Shown here piece after piece: positions 9,369 to 18,213 of a stretch of 64,000 bases of DNA. Source of the DNA: an uncultured Haliea sp. (GTDB taxonomy: Bacteria > Pseudomonadota > Gammaproteobacteria > Pseudomonadales > Halieaceae); the NCBI GenBank assembly GCA_947258585.1, contig CAMYIZ010000016.1, forward strand, positions 12,085-76,084, in the 5' to 3' direction. Under the pieces are notes generated by a model. It worked only from the letters and a program-made list of their open reading frames with translations. It was not told the DNA's origin and did no database searches. Positions within the stretch are counted from its first letter, which is position 1. Every line of letters begins with the position of its first letter. A program made the translations under genes and the position numbers.

Positions 9369-10142
9369 CTGGACATTCTCCCCGACCCCGCTGCGCTCGA
9401 CGTCATCTACCAAGATGACTCGATCGTAGCGATCAACAAGCCCAGCGGCCTGCTGGTCCATCGCAGCCCCGTCGACAAACACGAAACCCGCTTTGCCCTG
9501 CAACTCTTGCGCGATCAACTTGGGCGGCACGTCTACCCTGTCCATCGCCTGGACAAACCCACCTCGGGCCTGCTGCTGTTTGCCCTGGACGCCACCACTG
9601 CCCGACTGCTTGCGACCCAGTTTGCCGACCGCAGCGTGGAGAAATCCTACCTCGCCATCGTCCGCGGCTGGTGCCCGGACCAGGGACGCATAGATCACCC
9701 GCTGCGGGAGCAGCCCGATCCTGCAGACTCAGGCGCTCGCCAGGTCGTAGCGAAAGTGCACGCCGCAGTGACTGATTATCAACGACTGGCCCATGTCGAG
9801 TTGGATATCGCGGTGGATCGCTACCCGCGAACGCGCTACAGCCTGGTGTTGCTGCACCCATTGACCGGGCGTCGACACCAGCTGCGCCGCCACATGAAGC
9901 ACATCAGCCACCCGATTATTGGCGACGCCAACCACGGCAAGGGCGTCCACAACCGTTTTTTCCAGCAGAGCCTGGGCTGCCATCGACTGCTGCTGGCGGG
10001 CGTGGCGACCAGCTTCAGGCATCCGCACAGCGGACAACACCTGCACCTGAAGGCGCCGCCCGGCCCCGAGTTCAAGTCACTGGCGGCGCGGTTTGGCTGG
10101 GAAGCGGCACTGGAGCCCTTCGACACCAAGATACTTGCCTGA
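9369..10142 (+). CDS. truC: tRNA pseudouridine synthase C; apparent CTG start
   Basis: LDVIYQDDSIVAINKPSGLLVHRS, catalytic HRLDKPTSG, LTGRRHQLRRHMKHISHPIIGD. The conserved N-terminus lies upstream of the track's start (9507); no ATG/GTG/TTG is available before it. Confidence 0.85.
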   Translation: MDILPDPAALDVIYQDDSIVAINKPSGLLVHRSPVDKHETRFALQLLRDQLGRHVYPVHRLDKPTSGLLLFALDATTARLLATQFADRSVEKSYLAIVRGWCPDQGRIDHPLREQPDPADSGARQVVAKVHAAVTDYQRLAHVELDIAVDRYPRTRYSLVLLHPLTGRRHQLRRHMKHISHPIIGDANHGKGVHNRFFQQSLGCHRLLLAGVATSFRHPHSGQHLHLKAPPGPEFKSLAARFGWEAALEPFDTKILA

Positions 10143-10259
10143 TCACCGTGTTCGCGACTATTGGCGCCGGGTCAAGTTGATCTATACTCCCGGACGCGGG
10201 GATCAGTTACGGCAGGCTACCCCACAGCGGGACGATGTACTGCCATTGGAGGCTCCAAA

Positions 10260-10373
10260 ATGACTAGCCGCGCTACAGGCAGATTGCTTGCCCCGCTGGA
10301 AATGCCTGGGAGCATGGCGCCTTGCGCCGTGCCGGGCCAGGCCCCGGCCACCCTAACCGTGCAAGAACACTGA
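10260..10373 (+). CDS. Possible 37-aa upstream mini-ORF
   Basis: GGAGG (10248-10252) 7 nt before ATG 10260; TTGGCG-16-TATACT promoter-like sequence at 10161-10188. No recognisable peptide family. Confidence 0.25.
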   Translation: MTSRATGRLLAPLEMPGSMAPCAVPGQAPATLTVQEH

Positions 10374-10395
10374 TCGCTTTTTCGCACCGCGGCCA

Positions 10396-12258
10396 ATGCC
10401 AGCCCAACACAGCAGCTTTGTAGCCAGGCACGAGTGGACCCTGGTAGGCATACTCGCGATTATCGCCTGGATCATGGCGTTCGCGGGCTTTGCCGAAGTC
10501 ATGATATTCGGTCCCGATGCTGCACTGCACAGCTGGTGGGATGTCGGCTCCGCAACTCTCCAGCTGTTTATATTCGAGTCGTCGGATGCCACCGCCCACT
10601 GGCCTCTGCACCTGCAGATTGCCAGGGCACTGGCACCCATGGTGGTGCTGTACACCGCTGCCAGTGCAGTCTGGAAAGTCACCGGCCAGGAGATAGCGCT
10701 GTATGGCCTGCTATTCCGCAAGCGTCGCTTCGTTGTGGTCTGTGGTATTGGTGAAACCGGCTACCGAATTGCCAAAGACTACTGCCTGCACAGCGACAAG
10801 CGCGTGGTCGTTATCGATTCCGACCCCCTGAACGCACTGGCTGCCGAACTGGAAAACTACGGCGCTATCGTCATCTCCGGCAACGCGATGGACCCCCTGG
10901 TCCTGATGAAGGCCCAGGTCATCCATGCCAAGGAGCTGTTCCTGTGTACCAGCGATGACAAGGCCAATATCGCCATCGCCAAGAATGCCGACCGTCTTAC
11001 CCGACGGCTGAAACCCCGCGAGATCGAACGCCTGCAGCGCATAGCCAGACGCCACGAGCTGTCCGTCGCCGGGGAGACTCCGCACCTTGGCCTGCGCTGT
11101 TTCCTGTGCGTGGATACGCCGGATATCTACGAGGTTTTTTCCGCCCACAGTTTTTTTGCTACCAATACTGATCGCTTTGCGATTCGACTGTTCAACAGGC
11201 GTGAAACCATCGCCAGGAATATTTTCCGCAACTGCGCACCCGACCTGTACTACCGTCCCCGCAGCCAGGATGATCCCCGTATCCATATCCTGTTTATCGG
11301 CTTTGAAGCCCTGGTGCGGGAAATGATCCTGCAGACCGCCCTGACTGCACACTACACCGATTTCAGGTTACCGCTGGTTACCGTGCTCTGTCCCAGCGAC
11401 ATGGAAACCAATATCGGCCGCTTCATGCATCGCTATCCGCAACTGCTGCAGACGGTGGAGATCCGCTTCCTGCACTACGATCCCATGACTGTCAGCGCAG
11501 AGCACTGGCGCGAGATGCAGGCCGAAGTACCGTTCAGCGTGTGCTATGTGGCGATGCGCCGGGACGTGGAGGGTATTTTGTCCGCCCGCCGGCTCAATCG
11601 ACTGCGCCGCCTGGGAGGCATGCCTGCGGTCAACTTCGTGGTCTGCCTGAACCAGCAGAATTATCTGGCGGAAATCATCGATGACGATTTCCTGCCCATA
11701 ACACTCGACAAGAGCGTGCTGCCGGAACACGAGCCTATCGAGTATTTCGAGACACTCGACGAAACCATATCGATAGCCGTGGTGGTCAACGAGGCCCTGG
11801 ATGTGCTCGCCCGTACCCTGCACAACGCCTATCTGCATTCCCAGACCAGCCAGGGTGCCAGCGCGGCGCAGAACGCCTCCATCGTGCCCTGGTCGGATCT
11901 GCCCGCGCACAAGAAGAAGGCCAACCAGCACGCCGCCGCCCATGTCGATGTGAAACTGCGCATCTGCAGCTGCATCCCCCGGGCCGCGGACGATGCAGCT
12001 GCAGAGGTCGGGTTTCCCCCGGATGCGGAAACCCTGGAGGTCCTGGCGCAACTGGAACACCGGCGCTGGATGGCGGACAAGCATCTCGCTGGTTACAGCT
12101 TTGGTCCCCGGCGCGACGAAGACCGGATGCTCCATCCAGACCTCATTCCATGGGAACAGCTGACTGACGCCGACAAGGAAAAGGACCGGGAGAATATCCG
12201 CCAGATCCCCAAGCTGCTGCAACTGCAGCACCAGAAAGTCTGCCGGCAAGACGCCTGA
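10396..12258 (+). CDS. Membrane protein with 2 TM, TrkA-N/RCK (NAD-binding) and C-terminal RyR repeats
   Basis: Two hydrophobic helices flanking a LQLF segment; Rossmann VVVCGIGETG..VVVID..GNAMDP; RyR repeats LARTLHNAY..PWSDLP and LAQLEHRRW..GYSFG..HPDLIPWEQLTDADKEKD. Confidence 0.85.
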   Translation: MPAQHSSFVARHEWTLVGILAIIAWIMAFAGFAEVMIFGPDAALHSWWDVGSATLQLFIFESSDATAHWPLHLQIARALAPMVVLYTAASAVWKVTGQEIALYGLLFRKRRFVVVCGIGETGYRIAKDYCLHSDKRVVVIDSDPLNALAAELENYGAIVISGNAMDPLVLMKAQVIHAKELFLCTSDDKANIAIAKNADRLTRRLKPREIERLQRIARRHELSVAGETPHLGLRCFLCVDTPDIYEVFSAHSFFATNTDRFAIRLFNRRETIARNIFRNCAPDLYYRPRSQDDPRIHILFIGFEALVREMILQTALTAHYTDFRLPLVTVLCPSDMETNIGRFMHRYPQLLQTVEIRFLHYDPMTVSAEHWREMQAEVPFSVCYVAMRRDVEGILSARRLNRLRRLGGMPAVNFVVCLNQQNYLAEIIDDDFLPITLDKSVLPEHEPIEYFETLDETISIAVVVNEALDVLARTLHNAYLHSQTSQGASAAQNASIVPWSDLPAHKKKANQHAAAHVDVKLRICSCIPRAADDAAAEVGFPPDAETLEVLAQLEHRRWMADKHLAGYSFGPRRDEDRMLHPDLIPWEQLTDADKEKDRENIRQIPKLLQLQHQKVCRQDA

Positions 12259-12389
12259 GCAAGGCTGCGCCGGCCTTCCTGTTCAGATTCCGTCATGGTT
12301 ATTTCCGCCCCGCTGTAATACGCTAGCCCCAGGTTAAAAACACCCCGGGGCAGACCGCAATGACCCCGCGAGGCAGGAGGGACAATCAC

Positions 12390-12455
12390 GTGCGACCCCG
12401 TTCTACCCGCGACATTTCCGCTACTGGCACAGAGCGCGGTCCCGGCGCGGCATGA
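12390..12455 (+). other. Possible 21-codon leader ORF whose TGA overlaps the downstream ATG (ATGA)
   Basis: AGGAGG at 12375-12380, GTG at 12390, TGA at 12453-12455. The downstream ATG at 12452 has no SD. Confidence 0.35.
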
Positions 12456-15133
12456 GTCCAACCCGGATCCGCAGGGTGACGACAAGGGTTACGGTCACCT
12501 ACTTCACAGTAGGAGTTCTGTGGATTCTGTTGTCCGATCGTATCCTGCTGCTGCTGGCGCCCGACGCCTCTGCAACCGTCATCTCCGCTCTGCAGACATG
12601 GAAGGGCTGGCTGTTCATCCTCCTGACCAGCCTGCTGCTGAATGTGCTTGTACGCCGCGCCCTGGAACGCCAGGCGGCTATCCAGACAACACTGAACCAG
12701 GTCCAGCTGGACCATCTGCAGCGGCTGGCAAAACTGGAGGTCGGCATCTATGAAACCGGCCCCGATGGGCGGGTGAAATACGTCAACCAGGCGGCAACAG
12801 ACCTGACGGGGCTGAGCCCCGGCGACGAGCGGAGCGACCGGTATTTCCAGCAGCTGCCTGCTCCCCAGTATCGCCGGGACATAGCCGACAGGTGGCGCAG
12901 CGCCTTGGCGGAAAAGGCCCGGTTTCTCGCTCAATACCCCGTGCAGAAGCCGGGCGGGGATTCTGCTCGCTGGATCGTGGACAGCGCGTACCCTCGCTAC
13001 CGCAACGGGGTCTACTGCGGATACGAAGGCACCCTGACCGATACCACCGGCCTGCAGGAGGCCCGGGAATATGGCCGGTCCCTGGAACAACGCCTGCAAC
13101 TGACGCTCGCCGCCAGCCCTACCATTACCTACACAATGGAGATGGGGAAAGACAGCTATCGCGTAGCCTGGGTAAGCGACAACGTGCAGCGTATCCTGAT
13201 GGTGGAGACCAGTGAAATTGTCGGCAGCAACTGGTGGCGGGAGAATATCCACCCCGATGACCTGCCAGCTGTCCAGGAGCTGCTTGCGCAGCTACGCGAT
13301 GGACACAAAAGTGAGGTGTCCAATCTGCTGCGGGTTGTCGATGGCAAGGGTCAGCTGCGCTGGATCCGCAATACCTCTCGCCGCATCGCACTCCCGACCG
13401 AAGACAGCGATGCAGTCCACATCGTGGGCTGCTGGGTGGACATTACCGAGTCGAAGCGGGAGGAGGAACGTCGCGATCTCCACGCCGCCGCGATTGCCGG
13501 GCTGTCAGAGGGCGTTCTGATTGTTGACCAGGACCACATCATGCTGTCCTGCAATGACGCCTTCGCCGGCATGTGCGGTCGCCGGGAACAGGATCTTGGC
13601 GGGTTGGCGATAGATGAACTGGACGGCGACGGCGCCAGCACCGGCTTTCGCGATGTCATGGATATGCTGGAGAAGCAGAATAACTGGCACGGGGAAATCG
13701 TATTTCACCACCCCGGCGGCCGCGAGACCCCACTGGCAGTCACTGCCAGCGTGGTTCCCAGCGCGGTCTCGGATGGCCACAAGCGGGTGCTGATCTGTCG
13801 CGACATCAGCCAGGAAAAGCGCTTCAGGGAAGACCTGGTGTACCTGGCACACTACGACGCCCTGACCAATCTCCCCAACCGCCTGTTGCTGATCTCACGG
13901 CTGGAGCATGCCATTGAGCGCGCCCGCCGTAACCAGCAACAGCTGGCTGTGTTGTTTCTGGACCTGGATGACTTCAAAACCGTCAATGACAGCTATGGCC
14001 ACGTCATTGGCGATGAAGTTCTGGTGGAGGTGGCATCCCGACTGCAACTTGGCGTCCGCAAATCAGACACCCTCGCGCGGCTCGGCGGCGATGAGTTCGT
14101 TTGCCTGATGGAGGACCTCGAGTCCACCGATGCTGTCGCGCAGAAGGCCGCTGATCTCATCGCCTCCATCACCAATCCCTACACCCTGTCCAACGGCCGC
14201 GAGTTCTTCCCCGAGTGCTGCATCGGGGTCAGCGTATTTCCCGAGAACGGCGACAGCTGGGAGGAACTGCTGCGCAGTGCGGATACGGCCATGTACCGCG
14301 CCAAAAGCCTGGGCAACAGCCGATTCTGCTTCTTCACCGAAGACCTCGGTGTTTCCGCTGTGGAACGCATGGATACGATCACCCAGTTGCGGCAGGGGAT
14401 ACAGCGGAACCAGCTGCTGCTGCACTACCAGCCGCAATTCTGCCTGGCGAGCGGACGCGTGATCGGCGCGGAGGCGCTGGTGCGCTGGGAACAGCCGGGG
14501 GTCGGCCTGATACCGCCCGCGCGCTTCATCCCGCTGGCCGAAAGCTCCGGCCTGATTAACGAAATCGGGGCCTGGGTCATAGACGCCGTCGGCCGTCAGA
14601 TACGAAGCTGGCGCGATGACGGACTCATCACCATCCCCGTCTGCATCAATATTGCAGCGCGCCAGTTCCAGGACCAGAACCTGGTCGTCCTGATGCGAAC
14701 CATGTTGGAAAAATACGACCTGAACACGGCCGATATCGGGCTGGAGGTCACCGAGTCCGCCCTGATGACCCACCCACAGGAGGTGGTCAGCATCCTTGAC
14801 GAACTGCACACGATGGGCCTGCAAATTGCGCTGGATGACTTCGGGACCGGATTCTGCAGCTTTGCCTACCTGACCAGTATGCCCATAGATGTGCTCAAGA
14901 TCGACAAGCACTTTGTCGACGACATAGGCCGCTCGAACAAGGGCAACCAGATTGTCCACGCCATGCTGGAGCTGGCTGCCAACCTGGGCATGAAAACCGT
15001 TGCCGAAGGGGTGGAAACCCAGCCCCAAAGCGACTTCCTTCAGGATAACGGCTGCTATGCCATCCAGGGCTACCTCGCGGCAAGACCCCTGCCGGCGGTC
15101 GAGTTCCGGAAGTTACTGCAACGGGAGAGCTGA
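12452..15133 (+). CDS. Membrane-anchored multi-PAS diguanylate cyclase/phosphodiesterase (GGDEF-EAL)
   Basis: 2 TM (WILLSD..KGWLF), three PAS-like segments, RKSD I-site 5 residues before intact GGDEF, then AEALVRW and DDFGTG. Confidence 0.95.
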   Translation: MSPTRIRRVTTRVTVTYFTVGVLWILLSDRILLLLAPDASATVISALQTWKGWLFILLTSLLLNVLVRRALERQAAIQTTLNQVQLDHLQRLAKLEVGIYETGPDGRVKYVNQAATDLTGLSPGDERSDRYFQQLPAPQYRRDIADRWRSALAEKARFLAQYPVQKPGGDSARWIVDSAYPRYRNGVYCGYEGTLTDTTGLQEAREYGRSLEQRLQLTLAASPTITYTMEMGKDSYRVAWVSDNVQRILMVETSEIVGSNWWRENIHPDDLPAVQELLAQLRDGHKSEVSNLLRVVDGKGQLRWIRNTSRRIALPTEDSDAVHIVGCWVDITESKREEERRDLHAAAIAGLSEGVLIVDQDHIMLSCNDAFAGMCGRREQDLGGLAIDELDGDGASTGFRDVMDMLEKQNNWHGEIVFHHPGGRETPLAVTASVVPSAVSDGHKRVLICRDISQEKRFREDLVYLAHYDALTNLPNRLLLISRLEHAIERARRNQQQLAVLFLDLDDFKTVNDSYGHVIGDEVLVEVASRLQLGVRKSDTLARLGGDEFVCLMEDLESTDAVAQKAADLIASITNPYTLSNGREFFPECCIGVSVFPENGDSWEELLRSADTAMYRAKSLGNSRFCFFTEDLGVSAVERMDTITQLRQGIQRNQLLLHYQPQFCLASGRVIGAEALVRWEQPGVGLIPPARFIPLAESSGLINEIGAWVIDAVGRQIRSWRDDGLITIPVCINIAARQFQDQNLVVLMRTMLEKYDLNTADIGLEVTESALMTHPQEVVSILDELHTMGLQIALDDFGTGFCSFAYLTSMPIDVLKIDKHFVDDIGRSNKGNQIVHAMLELAANLGMKTVAEGVETQPQSDFLQDNGCYAIQGYLAARPLPAVEFRKLLQRES

Positions 15134-15149
15134 ACAGCTGGCAGGAAAG

Positions 15150-15170
15150 AGCCGCCCCGCAGGGGCGGCT
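15150..15170. terminator. GC hairpin between convergent genes
   Basis: AGCCGCCCC-gca-GGGGCGGCT perfect 9-bp stem; no clear U-tract. Confidence 0.5.
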
Positions 15171-15199
15171 GAAGCCCGCAACGCCAGCGACCGGATCAT

Positions 15200-15529
15200 T
15201 CAGTGGTTCAGCGTCACCGGGTTGCTGCCCTCAAAGCCGCCCAGATGCAGGGCGAGGCCATCCCGGTCCTGGAAGCGCACGGCATCACCCTCCACCAGGC
15301 AACTGACAACCAGCCTCTCGCCAGCGGCGGGGACCACCTGAATGCGTAACTCATCCGGGCCCTTGCGGCGCTTTATCCCGATCAGCTTGCTGCGCGCACT
15401 TTCTCCCAGCGCCGCCTCGATACCCGATTTGCACAGGACCAGACTGCGACTGTCATCCCGCGCGGCGAAAGACGCGACGGACGTCGAAGCCAGAACCATA
15501 CCCATAACCATTGCTGCGAACGTTTTCAT
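15200..15529 (-). CDS. Hypothetical exported protein (109 aa, one Cys pair)
   Basis: GGAG SD; signal peptide MKTFAAMVMGMVLASTSVASFA; two cysteines. Confidence 0.75.
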   Translation of the reverse strand: MKTFAAMVMGMVLASTSVASFAARDDSRSLVLCKSGIEAALGESARSKLIGIKRRKGPDELRIQVVPAAGERLVVSCLVEGDAVRFQDRDGLALHLGGFEGSNPVTLNH

Positions 15530-15705
15530 AAAGCTCCCTCCTTCAGGGGTTACGGAGCCCATCTTATACCTATCCATTTTTAGCGGAACTGCCCGCTATT
15601 GCTCGACATCGCTGCATTTTTGGACAGGCTGGAGAGCACGTGACTGCCGCTGCCCGGTCGGTTGTGTTGTACACTGCCCGCTTTGTTTGCACGCGGGAGC
15701 GGAAC

Positions 15706-16296
15706 ATGAAACGCCTGGCTTCACTCACCCTGCAGGGACTGGTGGCGGTTCTGCCCGTGAGCCTGACCCTGTACCTGATCTACTGGCTGCTGTTGACCAT
15801 GGAGTCTATCGCCGGGACAGCCCTGCGTGCGCTGCTGCCCCGGGACTGGTATTTCACCGGCCTGGGCCTGCTGTCAGCACTGCTGTTGTTGGCACTGGTT
15901 GGCCTGCTGGTGAATGCCTACGCTATCCGCCACCTGCTCCGCCTGGGCGACACCCTGCTGAGCAGTATCCCACTGGTGAAGTCGGTTCACGGCGCTATCC
16001 AGGATGTTTTGCGTGCGTTCAGCATTGTCGACAAAAAACAGGCGGACTCGGTGGTACTGGTCGAATTGCAGGAGAACATGCGCCTCATAGGGTTCGTGAC
16101 CGCCCGGCATCCCCCGGGGAAACTGCGGGGCGCCCTGGGCGAAAATATCGTGGGTGTGTATCTACCGATGAGCTACCAGCTGGGGGGTTATACCGTGTAT
16201 CTACCCGCGAAGAATGTGCAGCGCCTGGACATCAGCGTTGAGGAAGCCATGCGCATTGCTGTGACCGGAGGTATCCAGAGCCCCGACAGTGATTGA
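15706..16296 (+). CDS. DUF502 family membrane protein
   Basis: GLVAVLP..TLY..W; LSSIPLVKSVH; IGFVT; VYLPMS..GG. Confidence 0.85.
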   Translation: MKRLASLTLQGLVAVLPVSLTLYLIYWLLLTMESIAGTALRALLPRDWYFTGLGLLSALLLLALVGLLVNAYAIRHLLRLGDTLLSSIPLVKSVHGAIQDVLRAFSIVDKKQADSVVLVELQENMRLIGFVTARHPPGKLRGALGENIVGVYLPMSYQLGGYTVYLPAKNVQRLDISVEEAMRIAVTGGIQSPDSD

Positions 16297-16308
16297 GCCT
16301 GCCGGTGT

Positions 16309-17184
16309 TCAGCGCGTATCCAGTTGCGGGGCCACCTTGGCGAACTCTTCGGCGATCACCTCGCGCAGTCGACGCAAACGTGCGCTCAAGCGCAAATCGC
16401 GATGGGTCAGTACCCAGATATTGGAACTGTGCACCGTCGAGGCTCCCGGCACTTTGACCAGGTCCCGCTGACCGTAGGCCAGGAAGCAGGGCATGAACAC
16501 CAGACCCATGCGACACCTGGCCGCCATTTGCATCAGGCTGAGATCACTGATCGCGTGGCGCACCGGAAGTTCCGGGTGCTGAGTCTGCTGCAGCCAGGTT
16601 TCGCGCTGTCCCGACGGGTAGCGGCCTACCCATGACAGGTGGGAAACATCCCCGGGGTCATCCGCACGCAACAGATCCCGATGCACATAGGTCGAGGAAC
16701 TGAGCGGGCAGAGCAGGCGGCCAATGAGGTAGTCCGGCGGCTTGCTGTCCGCTGGCATGACACGAATGGCGATATCGGCTTCCCGGCGGCTCAGGTCCAG
16801 GAGTACGCCCCCGGGCACCAGTTCCAGCTCGATCCCGGGGTACTCTTCAGCAAACCGGGCCAGCCGCGCCATGAGGAACTCCACCCGATCCGGCATTGTC
16901 AGGCGGATACTGCCTTCCAGGTCCTGGTCGGCGCCGGTGATCTTGCGCTCGGCTGCCAGCGCCAACTCCTCGATATGCTCCGCCACGGGCAACAGCGCTT
17001 CCGCCGCTGCCGTCATCCGGTAACCGTCGGGGGTGCGATCAAACAACTGTGCCGCCAGCGATCGCTCCAGCTCGTCGAGGCGCCGGGTAATCGTGGAATT
17101 GCTGACTCTGAGCTCCTGGGCTGCGCCTCTCGCGGAGCCGCGCCGCACGAGGGCCAGCAAAACCTTCATGTCATCCCAGTCCAT
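16309..17184 (-). CDS. LysR family transcriptional regulator
   Basis: MDWDDMKVLLALVRRGS..AA..L.VSNSTITRRLDELE..LFDR helix-turn-helix; substrate-binding domain with DLSRREADIAIR. Confidence 0.93.
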   Translation of the reverse strand: MDWDDMKVLLALVRRGSARGAAQELRVSNSTITRRLDELERSLAAQLFDRTPDGYRMTAAAEALLPVAEHIEELALAAERKITGADQDLEGSIRLTMPDRVEFLMARLARFAEEYPGIELELVPGGVLLDLSRREADIAIRVMPADSKPPDYLIGRLLCPLSSSTYVHRDLLRADDPGDVSHLSWVGRYPSGQRETWLQQTQHPELPVRHAISDLSLMQMAARCRMGLVFMPCFLAYGQRDLVKVPGASTVHSSNIWVLTHRDLRLSARLRRLREVIAEEFAKVAPQLDTR

Positions 17185-17231
17185 CGTGTTCCCCCCGGAT
17201 AACAGGCTGAACCCCCTGACCGGACTACCGG

Positions 17232-18191
17232 TCAGGCATAGAAGGCTGCAATGCGTGCGATAAACTGCGGCAGTTGATCCGCCGGCAGCTCATTGATTCC
17301 CGCCGCTGCGGCGCGGCCACCGCCGGTCGGAAACTCACGACACAGAACGTCGGCACCGACCTTGTTGGCGAGCGGTGCCCGCACGCTGACCAGGTAATTG
17401 CCATCCGCCCGGAGGGTCACCACCGCGTGGGCTCGGGCCGGATCACTGTTGGCCAGGTCGTTGCCAAATACGCCGCTAACACGCCGCGCCCAGGTGGCAT
17501 CAGGCAGCAGGTAAACCGCCGCTGCGGTGTCCTGATACTCTGGCGCGAGCGCAGCCGCCGCAGCCATGTCGTCCCGGTAGCCGCTCTCCAGGCGCTGGAA
17601 ATGCTCCCGCTCTTCAGCCATGAAGGCGAACGGATCGTCAAATTTGCTGAGCAGACGATAGAGGTCAGCGGGCGCAAAGTGCAGGTCCTCGAGCGAGGGC
17701 CCGTAGCCATTGTAGTTGATGTAGATACCCAGCCGCTCCAGTTGCTCCAACTGCGCGTCCCCCAGCGCCAATGGCCGCGCCACGCGCAGGGCGCTGTCCC
17801 GGAGATTGTCGCCAAAGGCCCCCGCCGCAGCCCAGGCCGGGAAAGCCCCGTGCAGGTGGCCGTTCACCAGCAAGCTGGTACAGACATCCGCGGCGGGGTT
17901 GATCAGGGTTTGCAGCCCTGCGGCCTGGGGAATATCGCCGGCAAAGTGGTGATCGCAGTAGAACACCTCCGCTCCCGCCGCGAGCAGGCGCTCCAGGTCA
18001 CTCCGGTTCTTGTCCAGAGACACATCCAGTACCGTGACCTGAGAGCCCCGCCCTGCATTCACCTGCTTGAGCAGGGAAATATCCCGCTTGACACCGGTAA
18101 CCAGTATCGCTTCGCGGGGCTGCGCTCGACGCAGCTGCACCAGCGCGCAGATGCCGTCGGCGTCGCCGTTGAAAACGTCGTAGTGTTGCAT
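17232..18191 (-). CDS. DHH family phosphoesterase
   Basis: DVFNGDADG, DVS, YCDHH, and C-terminal GGGRAAAAG (DHHA1). Confidence 0.85.
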   Translation of the reverse strand: MQHYDVFNGDADGICALVQLRRAQPREAILVTGVKRDISLLKQVNAGRGSQVTVLDVSLDKNRSDLERLLAAGAEVFYCDHHFAGDIPQAAGLQTLINPAADVCTSLLVNGHLHGAFPAWAAAGAFGDNLRDSALRVARPLALGDAQLEQLERLGIYINYNGYGPSLEDLHFAPADLYRLLSKFDDPFAFMAEEREHFQRLESGYRDDMAAAAALAPEYQDTAAAVYLLPDATWARRVSGVFGNDLANSDPARAHAVVTLRADGNYLVSVRAPLANKVGADVLCREFPTGGGRAAAAGINELPADQLPQFIARIAAFYA

Positions 18192-18213
18192 TCGATGTCC
18201 TTACCAGAAACTC

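Noticed and set aside
12259-12389. c-di-GMP riboswitch ahead of the GGDEF-EAL gene
   Set aside because: No GEMM-type conserved motifs (GGCAAA..GAAA..GACGCAAAG) seen.
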